Source of the DNA: Gracilinanus agilis
Lineage: Eukaryota
NCBI RefSeq assembly: GCF_016433145.1
Contig: NC_058133.1
Span: forward strand, 490,372,373 to 490,436,372
Length of the DNA stretch: 64,000 nucleotides
Direction of reading: 5' to 3'
The position numbers were made by a program, and so were the translations under genes. How positions within the stretch are numbered: the first letter of the stretch is position 1; each line of letters opens with the position of its first letter. This document shows, one piece after another, positions 28,697 to 41,059 of this stretch. A model generated the notes under the pieces. It worked only from the letters and a program-made list of their open reading frames with translations. It did no database searches and was not told the DNA's origin.

Positions 28697-28915
28697 AGGG
28701 GCAGCTGGGTGGCTCAGTGGATTGAGAGCTAGACCTAGAGACGAAATGTCCTACGTTCAAATCTGGCCTCAGACACTTCCCAGCTGTGTGACCCTGGGCA
28801 AGTCACTTGACCCCCATTGCCTAGCCCTTACCACTCTTCTGCCTTGGAGCCAATACACAGTATTGACTCCAAGACAGAAGGTAAGGGTTTAAAAAAAAGA
28901 GAAAAAAAAAAAAAG
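28697..28915 (+). mobile_element. Young, near-intact CORE-SINE with poly-A and TSD
   Basis: Full head, B box GTTCAAATC, CORE and tail; AAGAATGGGGGA on both flanks. Confidence 0.95.
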
Positions 28916-29659
28916 AATGGGGGAAACCTGGTCATAGGGAAAGCCCTGGAAGGCAAGAAATAGAGAGGGAAGATAAGAAACTTAAGTTGATCCTTAGCTT
29001 CCCATCTAATGCTCCAGCCTTTTCTACAACCTTCTTGGCAGATGGACAGGCAGCCTGTTTCAAAAGCCCTCCATTCTCAGAGAGTTCACTAACTTAGAAG
29101 GTAATCCATTCCATTGTTGGATAACTATAATTGATATGATTGATGGCTACAAACTATGGTATATGAATATAATGTAATATATATACATACATATGTTTTA
29201 CTGCAAGAAATGAAGAATAGGATGAATTTAGGGAATTTTAGGAAGATCTGTAGGCACTGGGGCAGAGTGAAATAAGCAGCACCAAGATATCTACAATGAT
29301 GGCAACAATTTAAGTGAAAAGATCACTAAAAACACCCTGAATAATGGAAGAACTAACAAGCATCTCAGAGTGATAATGGAAATATAACTCTTCTCCCTTG
29401 CTGAAAGGTGTGGGGGGGAGGGGGGAGCTGATTTGAGGACAATATATTGTATATCTTGTTAGATAAGATCTCTGATTAGGAACTTGTTACTTTGTCACAT
29501 AGGGGAGGAATGAAGTGGAAAATGACTGAAAAATGTATTCAATGTATTTTTTTTTCAATAAAAAAAGTTTTTCAAAAAAAAAAAAGGTTTTCCTTCAAAA
29601 ACCAAACCCCTGCAGCCGTATGTCCTAAGCATGGTTAGGTTTAATAAATACAGTTGTTG

Positions 29660-30420
29660 TTTTTTTTAAGTCAGTCTTCCCCAAATTAATGTTCAGATTT
29701 AATTCATTAAGAAATCAAAATGTCAATAGGCTCCTTCACAGAATTAGATCAACATAACAAAATACAGATGGAAAAGTAGCAGGGCAAAAATATCAGAAAC
29801 AATGAAAAAGAGAATGGATGATAGGAGACTTATTGTGTAAGGATTCTGAATGTAGGAGAAAGGAAGAAAAAATTATACAAACTGTCTGGTACCAGAAAAA
29901 GAATAGAGAAGCAGGTCAATGACATAGAATAGAGTGAACCCAGAAATAGGACTCAAGGTATATAAGAGGATAGTACTTGATAAAAGTATGTCTAAAAATA
30001 CCACCAGAAAATGGAATCACGCTTCGGTTTTAAAAAATGTTTGAGAAAATTGTATAGCTGCAAGGCTGAAAAAAATATTTAAAGACTTGAAGAAAAAGTA
30101 ATAATATCTGATTCAATGATGGAGGGAAGAAATATTTTTATTGAACATAATTGGAAAAAGTTCTTAGTGACAAGATCCATGGCTTTGATTTTACAGGAAT
30201 CTTGTATAATACAACAAATAGTAATAGCCTCAAAATAAAAAGAAAAGAAATATTTGGAAAAAAAATCTTTGTGGTAAATGCAGAAGATAAAGGCCTTACA
30301 TCTGGAATCTCCAAGGCATCGATCTATCTCAATTAGAGGGCTATTCAACCTTACTAATGGAAAAATGGTCAAAGGGCACAAACAGGCAATTTTTGGACGT
30401 AGAAATACAGAGGGTTAATA
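29660..30420 (+). mobile_element. Degenerate L1 ORF2 fragment
   Basis: Broken translations such as LPQINVQI (LPKLIYRFN-like), TVWYQKKNR, EDKGLTSGI and KWSKGTNRQF follow the order of the L1 ORF2 C-terminal region. Confidence 0.7.
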
Positions 30421-31241
30421 ACCTTGGGCATATGGTATAGTAGAGAGTAGGCCTGAATCAGAAAGACCAGAGTTCAAATCCTGACTTTGAATAATCCCAG
30501 CTGGATGACTCTGGGCAAATAATTTAATCTCTCAGTGACCTACTCAACTAGATAGGTTAGAAACTGGTAAGGCATTTGGTTAGAGTAATTTTAAAAGGTT
30601 TCAGTTCAGGACATTGTTTTTCTGGAAAGTTGATTGATTCATTCAGGTAAGTCTAGAAAGGACTTCAGATTGAAGGAATATTTACTTCTTAATTTTCTTA
30701 AAAGGAAGGAAGATTTAGTATGCTTCCATAGACCACAAGTTGCAGAATAGTTATTGATATGCCTGGGTAGAGTGATCTTTCCAAGAGTTTTTACCTCCAT
30801 GAAATCAGGGCTAGATAAAGGACAAAACAAAAACCAAAAAACCACAAAGGTCTGTGGTTTAGTGGGAAAAGTAGTGGATTTGAAGTCAGAGGTCTATCTG
30901 GATTTGAATCTCAGCTCTGACATTTATTATCATCTGTGTGAACTGGGACAAATTGCTTGTCTGTTCTGGGCCTTCATTCTTTTATTTTTAAAACAATGGG
31001 GCTGGAGAGGATGACTTTTAAGGTACTTCTCAGTTCTGAATTTTCATATTCCCTAATACTCAGGACAATTTAAAAATACCATCTTTGTTTAATTTTTTTA
31101 AATTGTGCCCATTTCTTCATGATCCTATTTGAGATTTTCTTGGGACAGATACTGGAATGGTTTGCCATTTCCTTCTCCAGCTGAGGTAAACAGTTAGTGA
31201 CTTGCCCAGGGTCACACAATAAGTGTTTGAGGCCATGTTTT

Positions 31242-31606
31242 TTTTTATTTATTTAAAAATATTTTTCCATGTTTCCATAATTCATTTTCCTTTCCTCCCT
31301 TCTTCCCTCCCCCTTCCCAGAGCCAACAAGCAATTCCACTGGGTTGTACAAATATTATCACTTGATACCTTTTTCCATATTATTCATTTTTGTTATAGGG
31401 CGATCTTTTAAAGCCTAAACCCCAAATCATATTCCCATATAGACATGTGATAAGTAAGAAGTCATATGTTTTTCTTCTGCATTTCTACTCCCACGGTTCT
31501 TTCTCTCAATGTGGATAGCATTCTTTCTCTTAAGTCCTTCAGGAGTGTCCTGGATTACTGCACTGCTACTAGTAGTAAAGTCCATTACATTGGATTGTTC
31601 CACAAT
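31242..31606 (-). mobile_element. 5'-truncated L1 3' end inserted into a SINE
   Basis: 14-bp TSD TGAGGCCATGTTTT at 31228-31241 and 31607-31620, poly-T at the left end; host SINE resumes after 31620. Confidence 0.85.
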
Positions 31607-31854
31607 TGAGGCCATGTTTTGGCTCAGGTCTTTCTGACTATCCACTGTACCACTTAACTGTCCTAAAATACCCCCATTAAGTTTGGAAAACAAACAAAAA
31701 ATGTGTAAAATCAAGGGGTAAGAGTGTTGGATCTTAGAGAATGAGGGAGCCAGGCACTGTATTACACAGCTGGTGGGACTATGAATTGATGAACTCTTTA
31801 GAGAGAATGGGACTGTAAGTAGAAGATACAGAAGCAGATACCTGAAAAACAGAT

Positions 31855-32010
31855 TCCAGAGGGGGAGAAAAAACAGAACTTCCTGCCAATTAGAACTCAC
31901 CATAAGTGGAATGGGCTGTCTCCAGGAGGTAGTGAGTGGGTCTCTTCTCATTGAAGGACTTCAAGTAGTGTCTGGATTTCCACTTCTGTGGTATTGTAGT
32001 GGAGATTATT
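31855..32010 (+). mobile_element. CR1/L3 or MIR3-type 3' fragment
   Basis: AACTTCCTG..TGGAATGGGCTG..GGAGGTAGTGAG..TTCAAG..CTGGAT motif chain. Confidence 0.55.
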
Positions 32011-32422
32011 GTTTAGGTATATTCTTGTTCAGTCATTTCCAACCCTTCATACCCCATTTGGGATTTTCTTGGCAAAAATACTAAAGGGATTTGCTATTTC
32101 CTTCTTTGGTTCATTTTACAGATGAGGAAGCCGAGGCAAACAGGGTTAAGTGACTTGGCCAAGGTCACACAATTACTAAGTTTGCCACCTACCTGCCCCT
32201 CATTTAGGTATCGTTTGGACTAAATGGTCAGTGAGATTCCTTCCAGTACTCCCCAAAATTATAACTCTGAGGATAGTCATAGGTAGTAAGCATCAAAAGC
32301 CTGAATGTGGTGAAGACTTAGAGCAAGCATATATTTTATTTGTTGTTCAATTGTTAATTTGTCTGGGTTTTACAAAATGTACAGTTGTGTCTTTTCTCCT
32401 TTTTTTATTCTTTGTTATAAAG

Positions 32423-32628
32423 CAGGGGTCGGCAACCTTTTTGGCCATGAGAGCCATAAATGCCACATTTTTTTAAATGTAATTTCATGAGAGCCATTCA
32501 GTGCTCACAGTGCCGCTCCTGTAACAGTGCCTGAAAAAAAATTGACTTTATGGCTCCTGCAGAAAGAGCCATATCTGGCCCTCAAAAGAGCCAGATATGG
32601 CTCGAGAGCCATATGTTGCCGACCCCTG
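32423..32628. mobile_element. hAT/Charlie-type MITE (206 bp), a different family from the 26.1 kb element
   Basis: Perfect 14-bp TIRs CAGGGGTCGGCAAC / GTTGCCGACCCCTG. 8-bp TSD TTATAAAG / TTATAAGG. Repeated subterminal GAGCCAT motifs. Confidence 0.93.
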
Positions 32629-33779
32629 TTATAAGGGATGGTTATCTGGCAGAGGGAAGGGGAGAAGAAATAAATCAGAAAGGAAAGTCATGTATTAACA
32701 AAAGCTATCAATAAAATTTGAAATATAAAATATGCAGGCATAAGGTTTATTGATTTGTCTTCCTCAACCGATTGAGATGTAAATGGTTCAAAACCCAGTG
32801 CTTTTTGATTGGTTATTATTGCTGACTTTATAGTAATATAGTTTTTTTTTATGTTTTCTCTTCTATTATGCTGAAATCTGTCCTATTATTTCTGTCTAGC
32901 AGTCCTAGCTCTCAGAGCATTACTATATATATAGTAATTTTAGTTTACAGAGTAAGTCAATAGGGGGCAGGGATGCCCTGAGACATTACCTAAGTGTCTT
33001 AGGCATTGGGCGGCAGTGAGACATAGTCTGGAGGAAATCCTGAGGTCCCTTCCTGGGGAGGCTTGTGCCCTGCTATGAGTAGTGGAACAGAATGTGGAGC
33101 TCAGGGTGATCAAGAAGCTCCCTTGGGAAGAAGCTCATAGAACCTGTGTAGCAAGTAGTTCGATGGTGATGGTGGTGATCAGGATTGTTCCATTACTCCT
33201 ATTGGCCCCTCATCCTAATCAACTCATTGGCTAAATGGATTTCTGGATATAAAACCTCCTTCTCCACTCTGGAAAACATCGTCAAAAGATCTGTAGTTCT
33301 CCTTATTCTGTTGTTGATGTTGTTAGCTCCAAGCCCCCAGACAGAGACAGCATTTCTGACAAAACACTTCAATGTTTGATTTACTTCTAGGTCTTTTCTA
33401 AGGATGTTGGCTCCTAAGCTGCCTCCTCTGAACTGTATTACTGATAAGTATGTCTGACTCAAAAATGTCAGAAGATAACACACCGTTTATATAGAAAAAG
33501 TAAACATTAAAAATAGGGAAAGGTAAATAGACTTCCTTATGCCTAGAAGAAAAGGCTTCAAAAGCTCCCATAAAGATACTCAAGGGGAGAAAGGAGATGC
33601 AGGATTACCACTTGGGGTATGTAGTATGGAGGGTCCAAAGTGGTTCAACGACACAATTTCTGTCCCAATGTGTATGTGTGTGTGTCAGCATGGATCTCTG
33701 AATGACTCAGTTTACCCTTACTTTTGAGAAAGCCCAGTACTAAGCACACCTATTTTGATTTAAATGTTAAGCACCTTTT

Positions 33780-33958
33780 TTTTTTTTTATTTTTTATTTT
33801 AAACCCTTAATTTCTGTGTATTGACTTATAGGTGGAAGAGTGGTAAGGGTACTTGCCCAGGGTCACACAGCTGGAAAGTGTCTGAGGCCGGATTTGAACC
33901 TAGGACCTCCCGTCTCTAGGCCTGACTCTCAATCCACTGAGCTACCCAGCTGCCCCTT
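33780..33958 (-). mobile_element. Young CORE-SINE with an internal ~20-nt deletion and TSD
   Basis: TTAAGCACCTTTT on both flanks (~33767 and ~33957). Lacks the GGCAATGGGGGTCAAGTG segment present in sister copies. Confidence 0.92.
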
Positions 33959-34659
33959 AAGCACCTTTTTTGTTCTGGAGGCTTTTCTACTGGATGAAAG
34001 TTTCCTCACTGGAAGCCCAGCTCCTGAGTTTGACCTTTGTCTTTAATTTGTTATAGCTGACTGTTCCCTAAAGCCATCACTGCTGAATGTTAGGAGGTCT
34101 ACATACCTGTTTGTGGTTAGTCTTTGTAAGCTTCCCAAAGGGGTATAAGAGACTCTCAGGTCCAGTATCTCTTTGGAGTTGGCGTCTAGTATGGTGTCTT
34201 CTCCCAGGGATATGGTTCCCAGAGTCTTTGGTTCTGTATGGAATTTCATTTATGACTCTTTGTGGTGGCCAGATTAATGAGCCTATTCCTTTTTCTCAAT
34301 TAAAAACTGGGTTTTCTAACTACTTGGAAGTTCTGTATTTATTTCCAAGTTAACAGTGTATTTGGGTGAGGGGGTTGCCTCTGCTTCAGTTTTCACTCTC
34401 TTAGCTCTCTATGGCTTCTCTTATCTTCTCATTCTCCACCTCCATGTGCATTCCTCTCATCCTGTGAGGGGCTGGATTCCTCTTCAAGTCTATTTCCTGG
34501 GCTCAAGGAACTAAGATTTACAGAAACTAGGGCAGAGTGAACTTGGGACACCAAGAGAAAATACACACAATGATGAAAACAATGCAAATAAAAAGATTAT
34601 TTAAAGAACTCTGAGTAGTGGAAAAATCAACAAAGATCTCAGAGGATTAACTTAAATTT

Positions 34660-35339
34660 TTCAATTAACAAAATCTATTTTTTTTCCCTGCTCTACCCCT
34701 CCTCCCTCACCGAGAAAAATCAAAACTATTGTAACAAATACATAGTCAAGTAGAAATAAATTTCTACATTGGCCATGTCCAAAAATACATTCTGCATCCT
34801 AAGTCCATTATCTGTCATCAGGAACATGGATCCTCTGGCATTGTGATTGGTCATTTAAGTTCTTGCCTTTTGAAGTTTTGTTTTGTAAAAAAAAGCCACA
34901 ACCAAAGTTGCTTGCATTTACAATGTTGTTAGTAGACTATGAATTGTTCTCCTGATTCTGCTTACTGCACTCTGTATCAGTTCATATGTGTCTTTTCAAA
35001 TTTCTCTGAAAATCAACTATTCCTCATTTCTTATAGTATAATAGCATCTCCTGATATAGCACAATAATAAATAAATAATGATATATCATAATTTGTTCAG
35101 CCATTACCCAATTAATGGCAATTCCTTAATTTCCCATTCTTTACCATGACAAAAAGACTGCTTTAAATATTTTTTGTACATACGAGTCCTTTCCCTCTTC
35201 GTTTAAATTCTTTGAGATAGAGACTTGTGGCATTGTTGGGTCAAAGAGTATGCACAGTTTTGTAACTTTCAGTGACTAATGGGGCATAGTTCCAAATTGA
35301 AATTAAAATGGCTATGCCAATTCACAGATCTACCAATGG

Positions 35340-35370
<31 letters not shown>

Positions 35371-37490
35371 CCCTAGCCATTCAGAGATCTCCTGCTTAAT
35401 GATAAGCTTTTGGGGCTCCAGCCACATATTTCTTTTTATTTATTTATTTTTTAAAACCCTTGTTTCTGCTTTAGAATCAATACTAAATATTAGTTCCAAA
35501 GCAGATGAGTGGTAAGGGCTAGGCAATGGGAGCTAAGTGACTTGCCCAGGGTCACACAGACAGGAAGCATCTGAGGCTAGATTTGAAATGAAATCCTCCC
35601 AACTCCAAGTCAGGCATCCTATCCACTGTGCCACTTAGCTGCTCCCCACCGATAATATATTAATGTACCTATTTTCTGTAGCTCTTCTAACATTTGTCAT
35701 TTTCCTTTTTCATTAACTTTGCCAATATGATGGCAAAGAATCTTAGAGTTGCTTCAATTTGAATTTCTCTAGTTAGTGATTTAGAACATTTTTTTCATGA
35801 ACATAGATAAATTTCTTCCCTGGAGACCTACCCGCTCATATCCTTTCACCATTTATCAATTGGGGGATGGCTCTTATTCCATAAATTTATTTATTTATGG
35901 ACAAATATTTATGTTTAACTTTTTCTAGTTACATGTGAAACAATTTTTAACATTAATTTTTTAAAATCTGGAGTTCCAAATTCTTTCCCTCTCTCTTTGA
36001 TTGAATAGGCAAACAATTTAATGTAGATTCTACATATGTAGTCATGAAAAACCCATTTCCATATTATTTGTATTGCAAAAGAAAAAAACAACCAAAAAGA
36101 AAGAAAGTAAAAAAAATGTGCTTCAATCTGTATTCAGACTCCACCAGTTCTTTCTCTAGAAATGGATGGCATTTTTCATCATAAATTCTTTAGAATTGTC
36201 TTGAGTCACTGCATTGCTGAGAATAGCCAAGTTATTCACAGTTTATCATCATATAATATTGCCACTGTGTACAATGTTTTCCTGGTTCTTCTCACTTCAT
36301 TCTCCATCAGTTCATGTAAGTCTTCCCAGATTTTTCTGAAATCCTCCTGCTCATCATTTCTTATAGCACAATAGTATTCCATTGCAATCAGATACCACAA
36401 CTTGTTCAGCCATGCCCCAGTTAATGAGCATTCCCTTGATTTCCAGTTCTTTGGCACCACAAAAAAAGCTGGTATAAATATTTTTGTACTATTCTTATAG
36501 GGTTGAATCAGTTCCATATCGATTGTAAATGAGACCAGTATCATAGAAACTTGCCGAAAAGATTTTTCCTAGGTTTCCTGGATTTCTTCTATTTTAGATG
36601 TATTGGTTTTGTTTGTACAAAAACTTGTACATTTTATGTAATCAATGTTGTCTAGTCTCCTTTGAGCTACTCTGTACCTTGTTTTATTAGGTTCTGTTCC
36701 CCTTTTTACATATCACATTGCTTCCTTGATACTGTTTATGATGTTACCCTTTATGTTTAAGTCATGCATCCACCAAGAGTTTATCTTGGAATATGATCTG
36801 AGATATTGGTCTTTGCCTAGCTTTTAACAGATTCCTTTCCATTTTTTCCCAGCACTTTTTTTTTCCAAATCATAAGTTTCTATCCCAGGAACTGGGGTCC
36901 TTGGGTTTATCAGACATTACACTACTCTTTTTGCTTCTGCTTATTGTATACCTAATCTGTTTCATTAAATGACTTCTGTTTCTTCACCAGTAACAAATCA
37001 TTTTAACAAATCATTTTTGATGACTGTGTTGTAATATGGTTTGATATTTAGTACTATTAGCTCCCTCCCTTTCCACTATATTTCATTATTTCCCTTGAAA
37101 TTCTTTACCTTTTCTTCCTTCAGATGAATTAATTTTTTTCTATCACTAATCTTTTGATAGTCTAGTATGGAACTAAATAAAATCATTTAGGGAATAGTTT
37201 TTATTGTATCGGCTCAGCCTGTCCATGAACAATTAATATTTATAGTTATTTCATTCTGTTTTTATTTGTGTAAAGAATGCTTTATAGTTTATAGTCCATA
37301 TGTGTGTCTTAGGAGGTAAACACTCAATTATTTTATATTTTATATTTTCTGTAGTTTAAAAAAATCCAATCTTAGTACACTTTTAGTTTTAAATTTTCTC
37401 CCCAACCCATTGAGAAGGCAAGAAAAATAAAACCCATTTCTGTAGTTATTTAAATGGAATTCTATTGCTTTCTGTTAGGTTTTGTGGGTA
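34660..37490 (-). mobile_element. Stacked L1 3' fragments with a nested SINE (~35420-35645) and a (CA)n repeat (35342-35370)
   Basis: ORF 36236-36544 translates KIFIPAFFVVPKNWK..WLNKLWYLIAMEYYCAIRND, the L1 ORF2 C-terminal motif; AT-rich L1-like flanks. Confidence 0.8.
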
Positions 37491-38727
37491 ATATAAAGAA
37501 ATGCCTATTTGTTTTCCAAGAATCACTGTCTTACACACAGTGTATCCACAGTGGCTTCCAATTTTTGCTAATAAAGTGATAAATCAGTTGTCTGTATGCT
37601 ACAGAAGTAAAGGTACTGATGGTACCCTTGAAAACCGAGTCCCTTTGGATAAGGCCCAAGTTGTTCTACCCCAATTATGCCTCTGCTAGTTCTGCCCACT
37701 AGAGATGACAGAGCCTAAGTCTAATCCCACTTTCACATCTAAGATGTTCCCTCATTCAAAGACAGAGATCTTGTCTCTCTCTGCCCTTCTGCCCTCTGAC
37801 CCCCCGCCAGAGCCTTGTATGATCCTCTTTCCAGACTCCTCACCACTGCTAGTTACCCCTATCTGGACACATCCCAATTTGTCAAGAGTCTCTCTCTCTA
37901 AATCAGGTGCCTGAGCTTGATTTTTCTAAGGAAGTTCACCATGGATAGCTTGAATCTTAGAAGTCTAGTAGGAACCAAGATCATTTGTTAAGAAGGGTAG
38001 GGAAGCAGTGGAATTGCTTGTCAACTCCAGGGGGAGGGAGGGAGACAACATGAATCCGATAACTCTGGGAAACTTATGTGTAAATTTGTTATTGGAATAA
38101 AACAAAGATAAAATTTTTTAAAAATGGTACCAGGTAGTTTAGGAGGCTTCCCTAGGGCTGGAGGAGTCTTCCCCAAAGCCCTCTGATCCACCACTTACCA
38201 GTGTGTACCCATAAGCCTCCCACTGTTTACAGTTTTGCCCTTGATGTGAGAGGCCAAGTTTGGGCAACCCCCCAGCCCTTACCTTAACGCAGGGGCCTAC
38301 GGCTCCAGTTTGGGGACTATGAGTTTTGCTTCAGCCCAGATGGAGGAGGGAAGGGGCAAGGGGCTCGAAGCACAGTGTGCCATGAAGTTAATCAATATTA
38401 GGGGGTAGGTGAGGAGCTGGGACCTCCAGGTACACTCTGGTCTTTCACACTGCATGGGAGTATTCCTGGCAGGGGACAATTTCATTTGTGGCCACCGGAC
38501 GGACTTTTCAATTTCTGGGTAAAGAAGAAAAAATGGCATTGAAGACGAGACCACGAGGCTCCATGGAATGAGCTCCAGACTTGGATTCCAAGGACTGGGT
38601 TCGTCTCTCAGTTGTCATTTACTTTGTGACTGTGGACAAGTCACTTTTGGGGATTCTGCTTTCATTTCCTTATCTGTAAAATGAGGGGGGTGAAAAATGT
38701 AAGTTTCCAGTCATTAGGGCTGTAAGG

Positions 38728-38731
<4 letters not shown>

Positions 38732-38764
<33 letters not shown>

Positions 38765-38770
38765 GAGAGA
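38732..38770. repeat. (TG)n(GA)n microsatellite
   Basis: Direct inspection. Confidence 0.95.
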
Positions 38771-39599
38771 GATTTGGGGGAGAAAGGGAATGGGGGGGGG
38801 GAATTTCAGGAAACTTTCCCAAGTAAAGACTTTTGTAAATGCTGGGTTTTGGCTGGCAAATTCAGGTTTTACGTGCCATAAAATAATGATGACTGTTCCT
38901 TTACATTGCCATTTAAGGTATTCAAAGTACTCGCAGTACCACATTGAATGTTCACAGCAATTATGTAAGATAAGTGCTTGCAGGGATAATCACCCCCATT
39001 TTGTAGTTGAGGAAACAAGCTCAGAAATGTAACTTCATACGTGGTCATGCAGCCAACACCAAAGGAAGGATCCAAACCCAGGTTCGTCACTCTCCCAGCA
39101 GAGAAATCTTTTCATTGTACAATAATTGGGGTAGATGTTGACCAGAAATAATAGCTTGGCATCAATGATTGCAGGAAGTCTTTCTAGAATTTCTGAATCT
39201 AGAATCTGAATCTAGAATTCTGAATGGATGTTCTTGGCCTTGCTTTGACTCTGTGTCTCCTTTTTGCCTTTGTAGATCTAGTACAGTGAATATAATAGTA
39301 CCAGAACGTAGGCTCACTCCATATCTGTTAACTTCCTGTCTATCCCAACTCAAAGGCCATCTGCTCCAGGAAGCCTTCCCTGATTTTCCTTAACACCAAG
39401 TAGCAATGACCTTTCTTCCATATGGCTCTCCAGAAGTATTTTGTTCTTAGAGTACTTATATGGTTCTTTTCTCCTTTACAGGAGCAGGCAGTCACATCCT
39501 CTTCAGATGTAAACTCGGGTGTTACCTTAAAATTTATATCTCCCTAGCACCTCTGCTAAGTGTTCTGTATACAACAGACACTTAATAAATACCAGGCTT

Positions 39600-40340
39600 A
39601 GGGGCAGCTGTGTAGCTCGGTGGAATGAAAAGCAGGCCTAGAGACAGGAAGTCCTAGGTTCAAATGTGACCTTAGACACTTCTTAGCTATGTGACCCTGG
39701 GCAAGTCACTTAACCCCCATTGCCTAGTCCTTGCCACACTTCTGTCTTAGAACTAATACCCAGTATTACTTATTATATATATATGTATATATAATATATA
39801 AAATATAGTATAAGGGTTAAAAACAAACCAACAAATACCAGGCTTGTTGAATTCAATTTCCATGACTCTTCTTTTATTCCTACCACAATTTTCAACCTTT
39901 TTGGATTCAGGACCCTTTTATACTAACAAGAATTGTCAAGGACCCCTCCCCCCAAAAAGAATTTTTATGTAGGCTATATTTATTGAAATGAACTATATTA
40001 GAAATGAAAGAGTCTCATTATTATTATGAAAACAGTTCTGTCCTCATCCCCTGAAAGCATCTGTATTCCTCAACCACATTTTGAGACTAATAATGTCAAA
40101 TAGCTAACGTTTATATGGGGCAAAACAGATGCCAGGAAGACAAATTCAAATGTGTCTCCAGACACTTACTGGCTGTGTGACTGTGGGCAAGTCACTTAAC
40201 CCTGTTTGCCTCAGTTTCCTCAGTTTCCGTCAGATGAGCTAGAGAAAAAAATGGAAAAGCTCTCCAAAATCTTTGCCAAGAAACCCCAAATGCAGTCATG
40301 AAGAGTCACACAAGAGACGAGGGAGCAACTACAAAACATG
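39600..40340 (+). mobile_element. CORE-SINE (~39600-39800) and a MIR3/RTE-tailed SINE (~40140-40340)
   Basis: SINE head and CORE motifs; second copy ends in the AATCTTTGCCAAGAAACCCCAAATG..GAGTC tail type. Confidence 0.75.
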
Positions 40341-41059
40341 TATATAAAGCTAACTCTGTGCCAGTCAGTATTTAATGCTTCCTGCAACTTTCTTGTCTTG
40401 CTACCCTTACCCTTGTTTTGCAAATGAGGAAGGTGAGGTGAACAAAGGTGAAATAATTTGTCCAGGATCATGTGGTTAATGCCTGAGGTTTGGACTTGAA
40501 CTTAGATCTTCTTCACTTGAGGCCCGACAGTCTCCCTTCTGCACCACCCAAGAGAGGACTGCTGCTCTATAAGTTGTTGCCTTCATTTCTGTTTCTGTGG
40601 GCTATCTGATTCCAACCTTCTCTTACCAAGTACTGCTCAGTGGTCTCATTTGCCTAAAGGCTGAAAGAACTCTGGTTAATAAAATGGTTGATATTTGTCA
40701 CTCAGTGTTATTAAAGAAAACCCAGGTTCCCCTCCAAAAAAGAGAAGCAGCTTTCTTCCTCTCTATCTACTCCTAGAGTTTTATTGGTTTACAATGTGAT
40801 GGAAAGTATGTAGGGCTGGGCTGGAAGTCAAGGAAACCTGGGTTCAAATCTCACTTCTGTTGTTTATTACAGACAAATCAATTAACCTCTCTGGACCAGC
40901 TCCCTCATCTTTAAAACAAAAATATGGACAATAATACCTCTAAGGACTTACCTAATGGGTTGTTGTGAGGCGCAAACAAGAGGATGTATGTGAATCATTT
41001 CAATGTCAGCTAATATCTCGGTGGCCTGGTGTTCATCCAAAGCTTTGCCTTTCCTAAAT

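Larger units (their letters stand above)
27070..28990 (+). mobile_element. Ancient L2 LINE 3' fragments interleaved with SINEs and L1 pieces
   Basis: AGATTGTGAAGGGCTTTAAA..GAGCTTCTTGAGCAAGGG..GTGCTTTAGGAATATT and AAGCCAGACTTCAGAG..GGGAAAGCC are L2-like motifs. Confidence 0.65.

Noticed and set aside
39183-39224. Three copies of TCTAGAAT(T)CTGAA as a possible heat-shock element
   Set aside because: nGAAn units are not in the required 5-bp alternating register beyond two units; treated as a small tandem repeat.
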